This document shows positions 1 to 8,698 of a DNA stretch of 64,000 bases, piece by piece. The translations under genes were made by a program, and so were the position numbers. The stretch comes from an uncultured Anaerolineales bacterium (GTDB taxonomy: Bacteria > Planctomycetota > Phycisphaerae > FEN-1346). The number at the start of each line of letters is the position of its first letter. The stretch's first letter is position 1. A model generated the notes under the pieces. That model did no database searches. It saw only the letters and a program-made list of their open reading frames with translations, and was not told the DNA's origin. The stretch covers positions 11,289 through 75,288 of the forward strand of contig CAYWVR010000011.1 in assembly GCA_964461715.1 (NCBI GenBank), in the 5' to 3' direction.

Positions 1-294
1 GTCATCCTCGAGTGCTGCTACCTGACGGACGAGGAGAAGGCCCGCGCCTGCGAGCTGGCCCTCGAGGGCGGGGCCGACTTCGTCAAGACCTCGACCGGCT
101 TCGGCCCCGGAGGAGCCACGGTCCACGACGTGCGTCTCATGAAGGAAACGGTCGGCGACCGGGCCGGGGTCAAGGCCGCCGGGGGCGTCCGCACGTTCCC
201 CCAGGTCTTCGAGCTGATGCAGGCCGGGGCCTCGCGCATCGGCACCAGCGCCGGCGTCGAGATCATCCACGATTTCCAGAACCGCGAGGATTGA
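1..294 (+). CDS. deoC: deoxyribose-phosphate aldolase, C-terminal part (5' end lies outside window)
   Basis: Frame 1 translates to [66 protein letters not shown]...NRED and stops at TGA 292-294. FVKTSTGF and GVKA(A/S)GG(V/I)RT are DeoC C-terminal signatures. The ORF-track entry 12..464 is a different frame with an Arg-rich nonsense translation. Confidence 0.8.
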   Translation, partial: VILECCYLTDEEKARACELALEGGADFVKTSTGFGPGGATVHDVRLMKETVGDRAGVKAAGGVRTFPQVFELMQAGASRIGTSAGVEIIHDFQNRED

Positions 295-327
295 CGGACC
301 CGGCGCTCGCGGCTCAGGCTCGATCGC

Positions 328-1188
328 ATGCCACCACCGGACGCACGAACGCAGTTGGCCTCGTTGGCGCGGCGTCTCAGATTGCGCCTCGAGGACGCGG
401 GGCGCGCCGGCCTCGCGGCCGTGCCGCCCGCGGCGACCGTCGCGCGCGAGGCGGGGCCGCCTGAGGATGAGGCGGCGGAGGCCTTGCCCGAGGAGGCCCC
501 GGTCCCCGAGGATCGCGTGGTCGCGGCCGTCAAGGAGGACCTGGCGGCCCGGGTCGCCGCCCAGGATGCCCTCGACTTCGGAACCCCGGACTTGGAGGAC
601 GGCGTGAGCCGCGAGCAGGCCCTGTCCCGCATTGCCGCCGAGGTCGCCGAGTGCGACCGGTGTCCGGAACTGGTCGCCAACCGCACGCTCACCGTGCCGG
701 GGCAGGGGAACCCGCACGCGCGACTCGTTTTCTGCGGCGAGGGGCCGGGCCAGGAAGAAGATCGGCAAGGCCTGGCGTTCGTCGGTCGGGCGGGCGAACT
801 GCTGACGAAGATGATCGAGTCGATCGACCTGACGCGCGACGAAGTCTTCATCCTGAACATCGTCAAGTGCCGCCCCCCGGACAACCGCAACCCCGCCCCC
901 CTGGAGGCGTCGAACTGCCGGCCGTACCTGGCGCGGCAGCTGGAGGTCCTCCGGCCGCGCGTCATCGTGGCCCTCGGGGGGGTGGCCGCGAAAAACCTTC
1001 TGGAAACCAACGACGGCATCGGGCGGCTGCGCGGGCGGTTCTACCCGTGGCGCGGGGCCCTCTTGATGCCCACCTATCACCCCGCCTATGTCCTGCGCAA
1101 CTACACCCCCGACACCCGCCGCATGGTCTACGAGGACCTCCTGAAGGTGAAGGAGGAGCTGGACCGGTTCGCCCGCGACGGGGCGTAA
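328..1188 (+). CDS. uracil-DNA glycosylase, family 4, with ~95-aa Ala/Glu/Pro-rich N-terminal extension
   Basis: Family-4 UDG motifs are present: CxRC...GEGPGxxEDxxGLAFVGRAGxLL and NIVKCRPPDNRNP. RBS-less ATG at 328; stop at 1188. Confidence 0.85.
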   Translation: MPPPDARTQLASLARRLRLRLEDAGRAGLAAVPPAATVAREAGPPEDEAAEALPEEAPVPEDRVVAAVKEDLAARVAAQDALDFGTPDLEDGVSREQALSRIAAEVAECDRCPELVANRTLTVPGQGNPHARLVFCGEGPGQEEDRQGLAFVGRAGELLTKMIESIDLTRDEVFILNIVKCRPPDNRNPAPLEASNCRPYLARQLEVLRPRVIVALGGVAAKNLLETNDGIGRLRGRFYPWRGALLMPTYHPAYVLRNYTPDTRRMVYEDLLKVKEELDRFARDGA

Positions 1189-1215
1189 GCGGCTTTCTTT
1201 GCGGCAGTTATGCGC

Positions 1216-1259
1216 AAAAAAAGTGGGCGTCGCCACCATGGGGATGAGTAGCGACGCCC
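1216..1259 (-). terminator. intrinsic terminator for the minus-strand lipoprotein gene pair
   Basis: 9-bp perfect stem GGGCGTCGC (1225-1233) / GCGACGCCC (1251-1259) with a 17-nt loop. On the minus strand it is followed by a T7 run (A-run 1216-1222 on plus). It lies ~160 nt downstream of the minus-strand stop at 1422. Confidence 0.6.
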
Positions 1260-1421
1260 CAGGGCCAAAGGGCGGTCCGGGTAGGACCGCTGTGGCCGGG
1301 CAGAAGAGAAGGGGCGGTAGCGCCCAGCCACCATCCACTGAAACGCCGGGGGGGCCGGGGAAGTTCCGAGAAAAAATCCCGACGTTTCCAAAAGGGCTCG
1401 CAGCCCGACACGCCCCGAGCG

Positions 1422-2345
1422 TTACCCCTTCGGCTCCGGTCGACGTTTCGCTGGCTCGCCGAGGGCGGACGGCAGGTCCGCGAGGCCCAGCCGCCGTCGC
1501 ATCTCCGGCTCGCGCGCCCGGGCCTCGCGCATCTCGGAAGCGTAATCGAACCGCTCCGTCAGCGACCCGCCCACCGTCACCCGCGCCGGACCTTTCAGGC
1601 CGTAGACCCGCTCGTTGATGAAGCGGCTCGCCCCCGGCCCGCCCATCAGGTCGTAGCCCTGGCGGACGGCTTCCTCCATGAACGCATCATCGTAGACGAG
1701 CTCGTTCATCGCCTCGAGCATCTTCGGGCCCTCGAAGTCGAGCGTGACGGTCGATCCCTCGCCCCGCGTGAAGTTGTCGAGGTCGCGGACTCGGCCCGGG
1801 AGGTCGAAGGCGAGGTGAATGTCGAGGGCCCGGACCATGCCGCCCGTCAGGCGGAGGCTATCGGTCCACTTCTTGCGCTGGGCCTCGACCAGCGCCTCGA
1901 CGCGGGCCGGGCTCGTGCCGGGGGGCAGGGGGCGGATGATCTTGGACTGGGCGCCGGGTTGGCGCATCTGGAGGGCCATCCCGCCGCGCCCGTCGGGACG
2001 CCACGTGAAAATGCCGCCCTTCATCATGTGGAGCTTGAGCTTCTCGACGTCGGGGTAGTAGGCCGTGCCGCGAAAGAAGATCCGCCCGTCCTGCCGCAGC
2101 TCGTACGCGACGTCCGTCCACGCCTCCACGCCGCGCGATTCCTCCAGAATCTTGAGGATCGCCCGCCGCACGGCGATGTTCGGGTCCTCGGCCGCCGGGC
2201 CGACACCGACCGCCGTGGAGATGAAGACGACCTCGTAGACGACCTTCCCCGATCCGTCCGGGTTGAGGGTGTACGCCTGGTCGGTCTCGAGACAGCCTGC
2301 CGCAATGGCCCAGGCCAGCAAGGGGATGATCGCTCGGATACGCAT
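1422..2345 (-). CDS. lipoprotein, paralog A (unknown family)
   Basis: Internal start MRIRAIIPLLAWAIAAGC gives a signal peptide plus lipobox Cys; CAT at 2343-2345. N-terminal ~110 aa are homologous to the next gene (TLNPDGSGKV..EAWTDV..DGRIFFRGTAYY). The ORF-track N-terminal extension to 2402 is rejected. Confidence 0.6.
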   Translation of the reverse strand: MRIRAIIPLLAWAIAAGCLETDQAYTLNPDGSGKVVYEVVFISTAVGVGPAAEDPNIAVRRAILKILEESRGVEAWTDVAYELRQDGRIFFRGTAYYPDVEKLKLHMMKGGIFTWRPDGRGGMALQMRQPGAQSKIIRPLPPGTSPARVEALVEAQRKKWTDSLRLTGGMVRALDIHLAFDLPGRVRDLDNFTRGEGSTVTLDFEGPKMLEAMNELVYDDAFMEEAVRQGYDLMGGPGASRFINERVYGLKGPARVTVGGSLTERFDYASEMREARAREPEMRRRLGLADLPSALGEPAKRRPEPKG

Positions 2346-2408
2346 ACGGGTTACTTTAGGGCGAGTCGAGGGTGAAGACAAGGCCCGACGGCGAAGCCGC
2401 ACGCGGGG

Positions 2409-4010
2409 TCACTTCCCCGGCCGCTTCGGCAGGGGCACGTTCTCGATCTTCCAGGGCACCTCGTAGCGCTTCAGGTCCTTGTGAAGTTCCAGGACGATGC
2501 GACCCTTCGCGGGGAAGCCCCCCGCGTGCGTCAGGTCGATCGTGACGGTCTCGTTCATGGTCATGCGGCCGGTCTCGTCCGTCTCGATCGGGGTCCCCTT
2601 GGCGTCCTGGAGCCGGACGGCCTTCAGGCCCGCCGGGGCCCGGTCGAGTTTGACGACGAGGGTCTGCTTGCCTTGCTGCCGCTCGCTCGGGCCGATCTCG
2701 ACGATGCTCACGCCGTAGGCGCCGCCGAGGGCGCCGACCTTCAGGTCCACCAGGCCCAGGTCCTCGACCTTGGTTCCGGCGGCAACCTGGTACTCCAGGA
2801 CCCCTTCGACCGCTTGGATGGCCTTCGCGCCCGTGGGCGGCATCGCCAGCTCCGCCTCGAAGGCCACGGTCCGGCCGTCCTCGCCGAGGCGGGGGAAATG
2901 GATTTTGCGATCCCAGTCGCTCTCGGGGAGGAGGCTCTGGCCGGTATCCGTGGTGGCCCTCGTGACGCGGCCCTCCTGAACCTCGAGGATCGACCCCGGC
3001 AGCCGCCCCACGAGGGCCACCGTGAAGCCGGGGTCTTCGCCGAAGGGCCGGACCCGGCCGGTGCCCTTGATCCAGACGAGCCGCAGGCCGCCCACCTCAA
3101 GTCGCTCGAAGCCCTGACCCTTGGCGGGCGGGGCGGGGACGACGTCGGCGAGGCCCGCCTCCCGGAGCATGGTCGGGAAGTTCTTCTTCGCCTCGGCGAC
3201 CTCGGCCTCCCAGTCGAACCGGGGCGCGAGGCCCGTGACGACGGCCCGCACGGGCCCGGCGGTGCCGAAGAGCTTCTCGTAGGCCTCGGGGGGAAAGGTG
3301 CCGCCCGGCTCGCCGCCGCCGGGCTTCTTCTTCGCGAGCACGGCCTTGCGCACGAACGTGTCGTCCTGCATGAGGGCGTCCATGGCCGAGAGGAGCTGCG
3401 CGCCGGTCAGGCCGAGGGTGACCGCGCCGGCTTCGTCGGTCTTCTTGAAGTTGACGACCTCCTCCGCCTTTCCCGGCAGGTGGAACGTGACCGTGTCGCT
3501 GGCGGCCCCCAGGACGACGCCCATCATGGCCTTGGCGGTCTGGAACTGGAGCCGCTCCTTGGCGATGGCGGCCTGGATTTCCTCCTCGGTCATCTCGGGT
3601 TTGTCCCCGGTCGTCTCGGGCGGCTCGGCGGTGGTCAGGATGCCACGCCCGTCCTCGCTCCGAATCCATTCGAACTCCAGGAGCTGCATGTTCTGGAGCT
3701 TCAGACCGTCGAGGCTTCGGAAGTAGGCGGTACCTTGGAAATGGATTTGCCCATCGGGGAGCGTCTCGACCTTCACGTTTTTCCAGGCATCGACGCCCTC
3801 CGATTTCTTGAGGATATCGCGGACGGCGTCGCGGGCGGCCTTCTCGCGCGACGCGGCCTCGCCGAGCCCGAGGTCGGGGACGGTGAGTTTCGAGTCGATG
3901 GTGACCTTGCCGGCGCCGTCGGGGTTGAGGGTGATGTCGCGTTTCGTCTCGAAGCATCCGGCGACGAAGGCGGCGGCCAGGGCGAGGGCGAGGCCGAGGG
4001 CGCGGGGCAT
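2409..4010 (-). CDS. lipoprotein, paralog B (unknown family)
   Basis: Start MPRALGLALALAAAFVAGC (lipobox); CAT 4008-4010 is preceded by AAAGGAG on the minus strand. It shares TLNPDGAGKV..DAWKNV..DGQIHFQGTAYF with paralog A. Confidence 0.6.
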   Translation of the reverse strand: MPRALGLALALAAAFVAGCFETKRDITLNPDGAGKVTIDSKLTVPDLGLGEAASREKAARDAVRDILKKSEGVDAWKNVKVETLPDGQIHFQGTAYFRSLDGLKLQNMQLLEFEWIRSEDGRGILTTAEPPETTGDKPEMTEEEIQAAIAKERLQFQTAKAMMGVVLGAASDTVTFHLPGKAEEVVNFKKTDEAGAVTLGLTGAQLLSAMDALMQDDTFVRKAVLAKKKPGGGEPGGTFPPEAYEKLFGTAGPVRAVVTGLAPRFDWEAEVAEAKKNFPTMLREAGLADVVPAPPAKGQGFERLEVGGLRLVWIKGTGRVRPFGEDPGFTVALVGRLPGSILEVQEGRVTRATTDTGQSLLPESDWDRKIHFPRLGEDGRTVAFEAELAMPPTGAKAIQAVEGVLEYQVAAGTKVEDLGLVDLKVGALGGAYGVSIVEIGPSERQQGKQTLVVKLDRAPAGLKAVRLQDAKGTPIETDETGRMTMNETVTIDLTHAGGFPAKGRIVLELHKDLKRYEVPWKIENVPLPKRPGK

Positions 4011-4620
4011 GGCGTCTCCTTTCCGGGGTTCGGTTCTCCTTACTATTACCGTGGGAGGAGGTCCGGATTCACGAGAAAAGATCGCCAAGACCGGCCGGAC
4101 GCGAAAAAAGAGGCGTCCCGGCGGCTGGGGACGCCGGGACGCGGGTAGGACTCACCGGCCGCCCGGGCGGAGGGGAGAGGGGGGAAACTCCAGCCGGAGG
4201 CGACCGGCGCTGCATCCGTGTTCACTTGTCGGCCCCGCGGGGGGGCGGGCGCGTCGGCCGCCGAGGGGGGGCGACGACCGACGCGCCAAAGGGGGCGAAG
4301 CATGCACGTGAGCCACAGGAGACTATAGAGACGAACGGCCCGGCGCCAAATCGGGGCCCGGGGAAGGATTTCGCGAAGACCCGCGGGTCTCAGGTAAGTG
4401 CTTTTTCTGGAAGGACTTATGACAAGGCCGCTGGCTCTCGGGAGGGTCGCAGGGGAGGCGGCCTCCGGTGCGCGCAGCTCGGCAAACCGCGAGAAAAAGC
4501 TCGCGAGGGTTCCCGGCAGGGCCTGTCAGAACTTTGGAACCGCCTCCCGGCGGGCGGCGTCCAAGACCGAAGAACGCGGACCTGCATCCGCATGGCAGCC
4601 CAGCGCAAAGGAGGCTTCGG

Positions 4621-5814
4621 ATGAACGCGAAACGGACCCCGGGGATCGCGGTCGTGGCGGCCGTCATGGTCGCGACGCTTGCCGCGCCCGCCGCCGCACG
4701 CATCAAGCTGGCCACCCTCCCGGCCCGGGAGCGGGTCGAGATCCAGCTCGACAACGAGAATGCCACCCTCGTCGAGGAGGAGCGGATCGTGACGCTCCTG
4801 AAGGGGACGAACCACATCGACTTTTCGTGGTCGAATACCGAGATCGACAAGTCCACGATCCTCTTCCGGCCCATCGGCGTCGGCGACGCGGTCCGCGTCA
4901 TCCACGTCGCCTATCCGCCCGGCGAGAACGCCCTCGTCTGGCAGGTCTTCGCCGACAAGGCCGGGCCGGTGAAGGTGCGGATCTCGTACCTGATCGGGAA
5001 CCTGCGGCGGACGTTCTCGTACCGGGCCACGGCCGAGCACGACGAGAAGACCCTCACCCTGCGCAACTACATGCGCGTCTGGAACTTCTCCGGCGAGGAG
5101 TTCGGGTCGAACGCAGGCGTCTGGGCGGGCTTCGGCGAGTACTTCCGCAAGGAGATCGGCCTCCAGGAGTCGAAGGAGATGCTCCTGGCGAAGTTCGTCA
5201 GGGTGCCCATCCGGAAGCGGTTCCTCTTCAACTGGCTGACCGCCCCGCCCGTCCCCGACGAGCCCTACCAGAAGTACGTCCGGATGTACTACGTCCTTCA
5301 GAACGATAAGGAGCACGGCCTTGGCGAGTTTCCCCTGCCCTTCGGCAAGGCCCGCATCTTCTTGAAGGACGGACGCGGCGGCGAGGCCTTCATGGGCGAG
5401 GACTGGGGCCCGTTCACCCCCATCGACGACGAGATGAAGCTGTACCTGGGCCTGGCGCGCGACGTCAAGGTCGAGCGGACCGTCAAGAAGAACCAGCGCC
5501 ACAAAGTCCACGGCAACCTCTTCCACCAGGAGGTCATCGTCCAGTACAAGATGCAGAACTTCAAGGACGAGCCCGTCCAGCTCGACATCGAGGAGAACAT
5601 GAACCGGCTCCGCGACGAGTTCTGCGGGGGGCAGAAGAGTCGCGAGGCGCAGTGGGAGCTGGCCGGCGAGACGACCGACAAGGCGGCCGTCGAGCGCTTA
5701 AGCGCCCAGGACGTCGAGGTCCACGTCTCGCTGCCCGCCGCCCCCGAGGCCGCGGACAAGAAGCCCGACGAGGTCACGTTCCTCCTCCACGTCTTCTTCC
5801 GGAACGAATGGTAA
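4621..5814 (+). CDS. secreted ~400-aa protein, tandem paralog 1 (possibly DUF4139/DUF4140, MuiA-like; unverified)
   Basis: ATG 4621 follows AAAGGAGG. Signal peptide MNAKRTPGIAVVAAVMVATLAAPAAA. Shares the motif LATLP.RE.V.L...E...LV.E.R.I....G.N...FSW with the next two genes. Confidence 0.65.
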   Translation: MNAKRTPGIAVVAAVMVATLAAPAAARIKLATLPARERVEIQLDNENATLVEEERIVTLLKGTNHIDFSWSNTEIDKSTILFRPIGVGDAVRVIHVAYPPGENALVWQVFADKAGPVKVRISYLIGNLRRTFSYRATAEHDEKTLTLRNYMRVWNFSGEEFGSNAGVWAGFGEYFRKEIGLQESKEMLLAKFVRVPIRKRFLFNWLTAPPVPDEPYQKYVRMYYVLQNDKEHGLGEFPLPFGKARIFLKDGRGGEAFMGEDWGPFTPIDDEMKLYLGLARDVKVERTVKKNQRHKVHGNLFHQEVIVQYKMQNFKDEPVQLDIEENMNRLRDEFCGGQKSREAQWELAGETTDKAAVERLSAQDVEVHVSLPAAPEAADKKPDEVTFLLHVFFRNEW

Positions 5815-5836
5815 GTCCCTACGAAAGGAGCCGGCC

Positions 5837-7198
5837 ATGACCGTTCGCACGCTCATCGCGACCGTGGCGGGGCTCGTCCTCGCGGGGACCGCCGCCGCCC
5901 GAAACGTCGACCTGGTGACCCTCCCACCCCGGGAAAAGGTGCAGCTGACGATCTACAACTCCGAGGACCTGACGCTCGTCAAGGAAACCCGGTCGATCAC
6001 CTTCAAGAAGGGCGTCAACCGCCTCCAGTTCTCGTGGGCCGGGACGCTGATCGACCCGACGAGCGTCTACTTCCGCCCCCTCGGCGACGCGGCCGATCAG
6101 ATCGAGGTCCTGGACGCGACCTTCCCCCAGGACCGCCCCCGGGTGCTCATCTGGAACATCGAATCGCAGATCGAGGGGCAGGTGAAGGTCGAGGTGTCCT
6201 ACTTCACCTCCGGCATCTCCTGGGCCGCCGATTACGTTATGATCACCGACGCGGCCGAGACCCGGGCCAGCTTCGACGGGCACGTCACCGTCACGAACCA
6301 TTCCGGCGAGGATTATGAGGGGGCCGAGGTGCGGCTCGTGGTGGGGGTGGTGAACCTGGTGGAGAAGATCCGCCGGCTCGCCGGGGGGATGCCCCCCCCG
6401 GCGCCCCGTTTGCCCGGCGGCGAGGCGGTCCACACCCGCGACGACAAGATGCTCGCGGCCCGCGGGGCCATCGACTTAGCCGAGCGGGCCAAGGCCGACC
6501 GTCCCGCCGAGGACCGTCCCGCCGAGGTCGTCAAGGAAGGGCTCAGCGAGTACTTCATCTTCACGGTCGAGGGCACGCAGACCGTCCCGAACGGCTGGTC
6601 GCGGCGGATGGTCTCGTTCAAGGCGGCTCCGGTCCCCTTCGACATCCTCTACCGCTACCGCCCGCACCAGTACGGCGATCGTCCCGTGCGGTTCTTCCTG
6701 CTGGCCAATGACGCCGAGCACAAGATGGGAGAGTCTCCCCTCCCGGACGGCGTCATCCGCGTCTTCCGCCGGGGCGAGCGCGACGGCTTGGCCTACTACA
6801 CCACGCAATCGACGAAGTACATCCCCGTCAAGGAGAAGATCGAGCTCAACGTGGGCACGGACGACCAGATCGTCTATCAGCGGGTCGTGCTGGACGTTGC
6901 CCGCTCGCGGTTCATCTTCGACCACTCCCCGCCGCGCGTCGTCGGTTGGGACGAGCGCCAGACGTGGGAGGAGGAGGTCCGCAACTACCGCGCGGGGCCC
7001 ATCCGGATGGAAATCCGCCACCTCATCGGCGGCCACGTTGAGTTTACCCTGGAGGATTCGCCCAAGCTCTTCGACTTCCACACGGTCGAGTACACCGTGA
7101 CCATCGGCGCCGGCCGGACGCACACGTGGACGAGCGAAGGCCTCTTCCACCACGGCCGCAACAAGAGCCAGGAGCACATCGAGCTCGTCCGCCCGTGA
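5837..7198 (+). CDS. secreted ~450-aa protein, tandem paralog 2
   Basis: ATG 5837 follows GAAAGGAG. Signal peptide MTVRTLIATVAGLVLAGTAAA. N-terminal block NVDLVTLPPREKVQLTIYNSEDLTLVKETRSITFKKG is near-identical to paralog 3. Confidence 0.7.
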   Translation: MTVRTLIATVAGLVLAGTAAARNVDLVTLPPREKVQLTIYNSEDLTLVKETRSITFKKGVNRLQFSWAGTLIDPTSVYFRPLGDAADQIEVLDATFPQDRPRVLIWNIESQIEGQVKVEVSYFTSGISWAADYVMITDAAETRASFDGHVTVTNHSGEDYEGAEVRLVVGVVNLVEKIRRLAGGMPPPAPRLPGGEAVHTRDDKMLAARGAIDLAERAKADRPAEDRPAEVVKEGLSEYFIFTVEGTQTVPNGWSRRMVSFKAAPVPFDILYRYRPHQYGDRPVRFFLLANDAEHKMGESPLPDGVIRVFRRGERDGLAYYTTQSTKYIPVKEKIELNVGTDDQIVYQRVVLDVARSRFIFDHSPPRVVGWDERQTWEEEVRNYRAGPIRMEIRHLIGGHVEFTLEDSPKLFDFHTVEYTVTIGAGRTHTWTSEGLFHHGRNKSQEHIELVRP

Positions 7199-7208
7199 AA
7201 GGATCGCG

Positions 7209-8573
7209 ATGACACGCGCGCTCGCTCTCTTCGTGGTGGTCCTGGCCGCCACCGCCGCCGAGGCCCGGAACGTCGACCTCGTCACCCTCCCGCCCAGGGA
7301 GGCCGTGCAGCTGACGATCTACAACTCCGAGGACCTGACGCTCGTCAAGGAAACCCGGTCGATCACCTTCAAAAAGGGTGCGAACCGCCTCCAGTTCTCC
7401 TGGGACGGGACGCTGATCGACCCGACGAGCGTCCACTTCCGGCCCGTCGGGGACGCCGCCGAGCGGGTCGAGGTCCTCGACACCACGTTCCCCGCCGACC
7501 GCCCGCAGGTCCTCATCTGGAACGTCGAGTCGAAGGTCGAGGGGCAGGTGGAGGTCGAGGTCAGCTACTTTACGAGCGGCATCTCCTGGGCCGCCGACTA
7601 TATCATGATCACCGACGCCGCCGAGACCGAGGCGAGCTTCGACGGCTACGTGACGGTCACGAATCGCTCCGGCGAGGATTACGAGGAGGCCGAGGTGCGG
7701 CTCGTGGTGGGTGTCGTGAACCTCGTCGAGCCCATCGCCCAACTGGCCCGGCCCGAGGACGCTAAGAATCGGGCGGGTCTTGATCGGGGCCGGAAGGAGG
7801 ACATGCTCCGCCGAAAGTGCGAACTGGCCGAGCCCACCCAGGTCTACGGTCTGCCGGAGAGCTTGTTCTGTGAAGCAGACGCCGCGCCGCCGAAGATCGT
7901 CAAGGAAGGGCTCTCCGAATACTTCATCTTCACCGTCGAGGGCACCCAGACCGTTCCCAACGGCTGGTCACAGCGGATGGTCTCGTTCAAGGCGGCTCCG
8001 GTCCCCTTCGACATCCTCTACCGCTACCGCCCGCACCAGTACGGCGACCGGCCCGTCCGGTTCCTCCTCCTCGCCAACGACGAGGAGCACAAGATGGGCG
8101 AGTCTCCCCTTCCGGACGGGGTGATCCGCGTCTTCCGCCAGGGCGAGCGCGACGGCTTGGCGTACTACACCACGCAATCGACGAAGTACATCCCTATCCG
8201 CGAGAAGATCGAGCTGAATGTGGGCACGGACGACCAAATCGTCTACGAGCGGGTCATCCTGGACGTGGCGCGCTCGACGTTCCTCTTCAACGACCAGGCG
8301 CGCGTGCCGCAGGTCATCGGATGGGACGAGCTTCGCACCTGGCGGGAGGAGGTCCGCAACTACCGCGCGGGGCCCATCCGGATGGAAATCCGCCACCTCA
8401 TCGGCGGGGACGTCGAGTTCACCCTCGAGGATTCGCCCACGCTCTTCGACTTCCGGACGGTCGAGTACACGGTGACCGTCGACGCCGGGAAGAGCCGAAC
8501 GTGGACGAGCACGGGCCTCATCCACCACGGGGTGAGCCAGAAGCAGAACCGGGTCCGGCTCGTCGGCCGCTGA
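7209..8573 (+). CDS. secreted ~450-aa protein, tandem paralog 3
   Basis: ATG 7209 follows GAAAGGA. Signal peptide MTRALALFVVVLAATAAEA. Long stretches are ~90% nucleotide-identical to paralog 2 (for example 6607-6680 vs 7977-8050, identical). Confidence 0.7.
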   Translation: MTRALALFVVVLAATAAEARNVDLVTLPPREAVQLTIYNSEDLTLVKETRSITFKKGANRLQFSWDGTLIDPTSVHFRPVGDAAERVEVLDTTFPADRPQVLIWNVESKVEGQVEVEVSYFTSGISWAADYIMITDAAETEASFDGYVTVTNRSGEDYEEAEVRLVVGVVNLVEPIAQLARPEDAKNRAGLDRGRKEDMLRRKCELAEPTQVYGLPESLFCEADAAPPKIVKEGLSEYFIFTVEGTQTVPNGWSQRMVSFKAAPVPFDILYRYRPHQYGDRPVRFLLLANDEEHKMGESPLPDGVIRVFRQGERDGLAYYTTQSTKYIPIREKIELNVGTDDQIVYERVILDVARSTFLFNDQARVPQVIGWDELRTWREEVRNYRAGPIRMEIRHLIGGDVEFTLEDSPTLFDFRTVEYTVTVDAGKSRTWTSTGLIHHGVSQKQNRVRLVGR

Positions 8574-8597
8574 CGCGGCATCCCCGGACTTTCGGCC

Positions 8598-8625
8598 TTG
8601 CACGTTCCCCCTCCCCCGCTATACT
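8598..8625 (+). promoter_or_regulatory. putative sigma70-type promoter of fba
   Basis: TTGCAC (8598-8603), 16-nt spacer, TATACT (8620-8625), ~70 nt upstream of the fba ATG; the ATG is preceded by GAAAGGAG. Confidence 0.4.
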
Positions 8626-8698
8626 GTCTCGGCTCCGGCGGGGCGGGCTCCCGTCCGGGCAACCCGGAACCCGAACAGGACCGAAAGGAGCCGCATCC

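Noticed and set aside
12-464. ORF-track ORF 12..464 (+) and antisense 18..1019 (-) at the window start
   Set aside because: These are wrong frames. Frame 1 of the same DNA gives a clean DeoC C-terminus ending at 294. The listed translations are Arg/Gly-rich nonsense.
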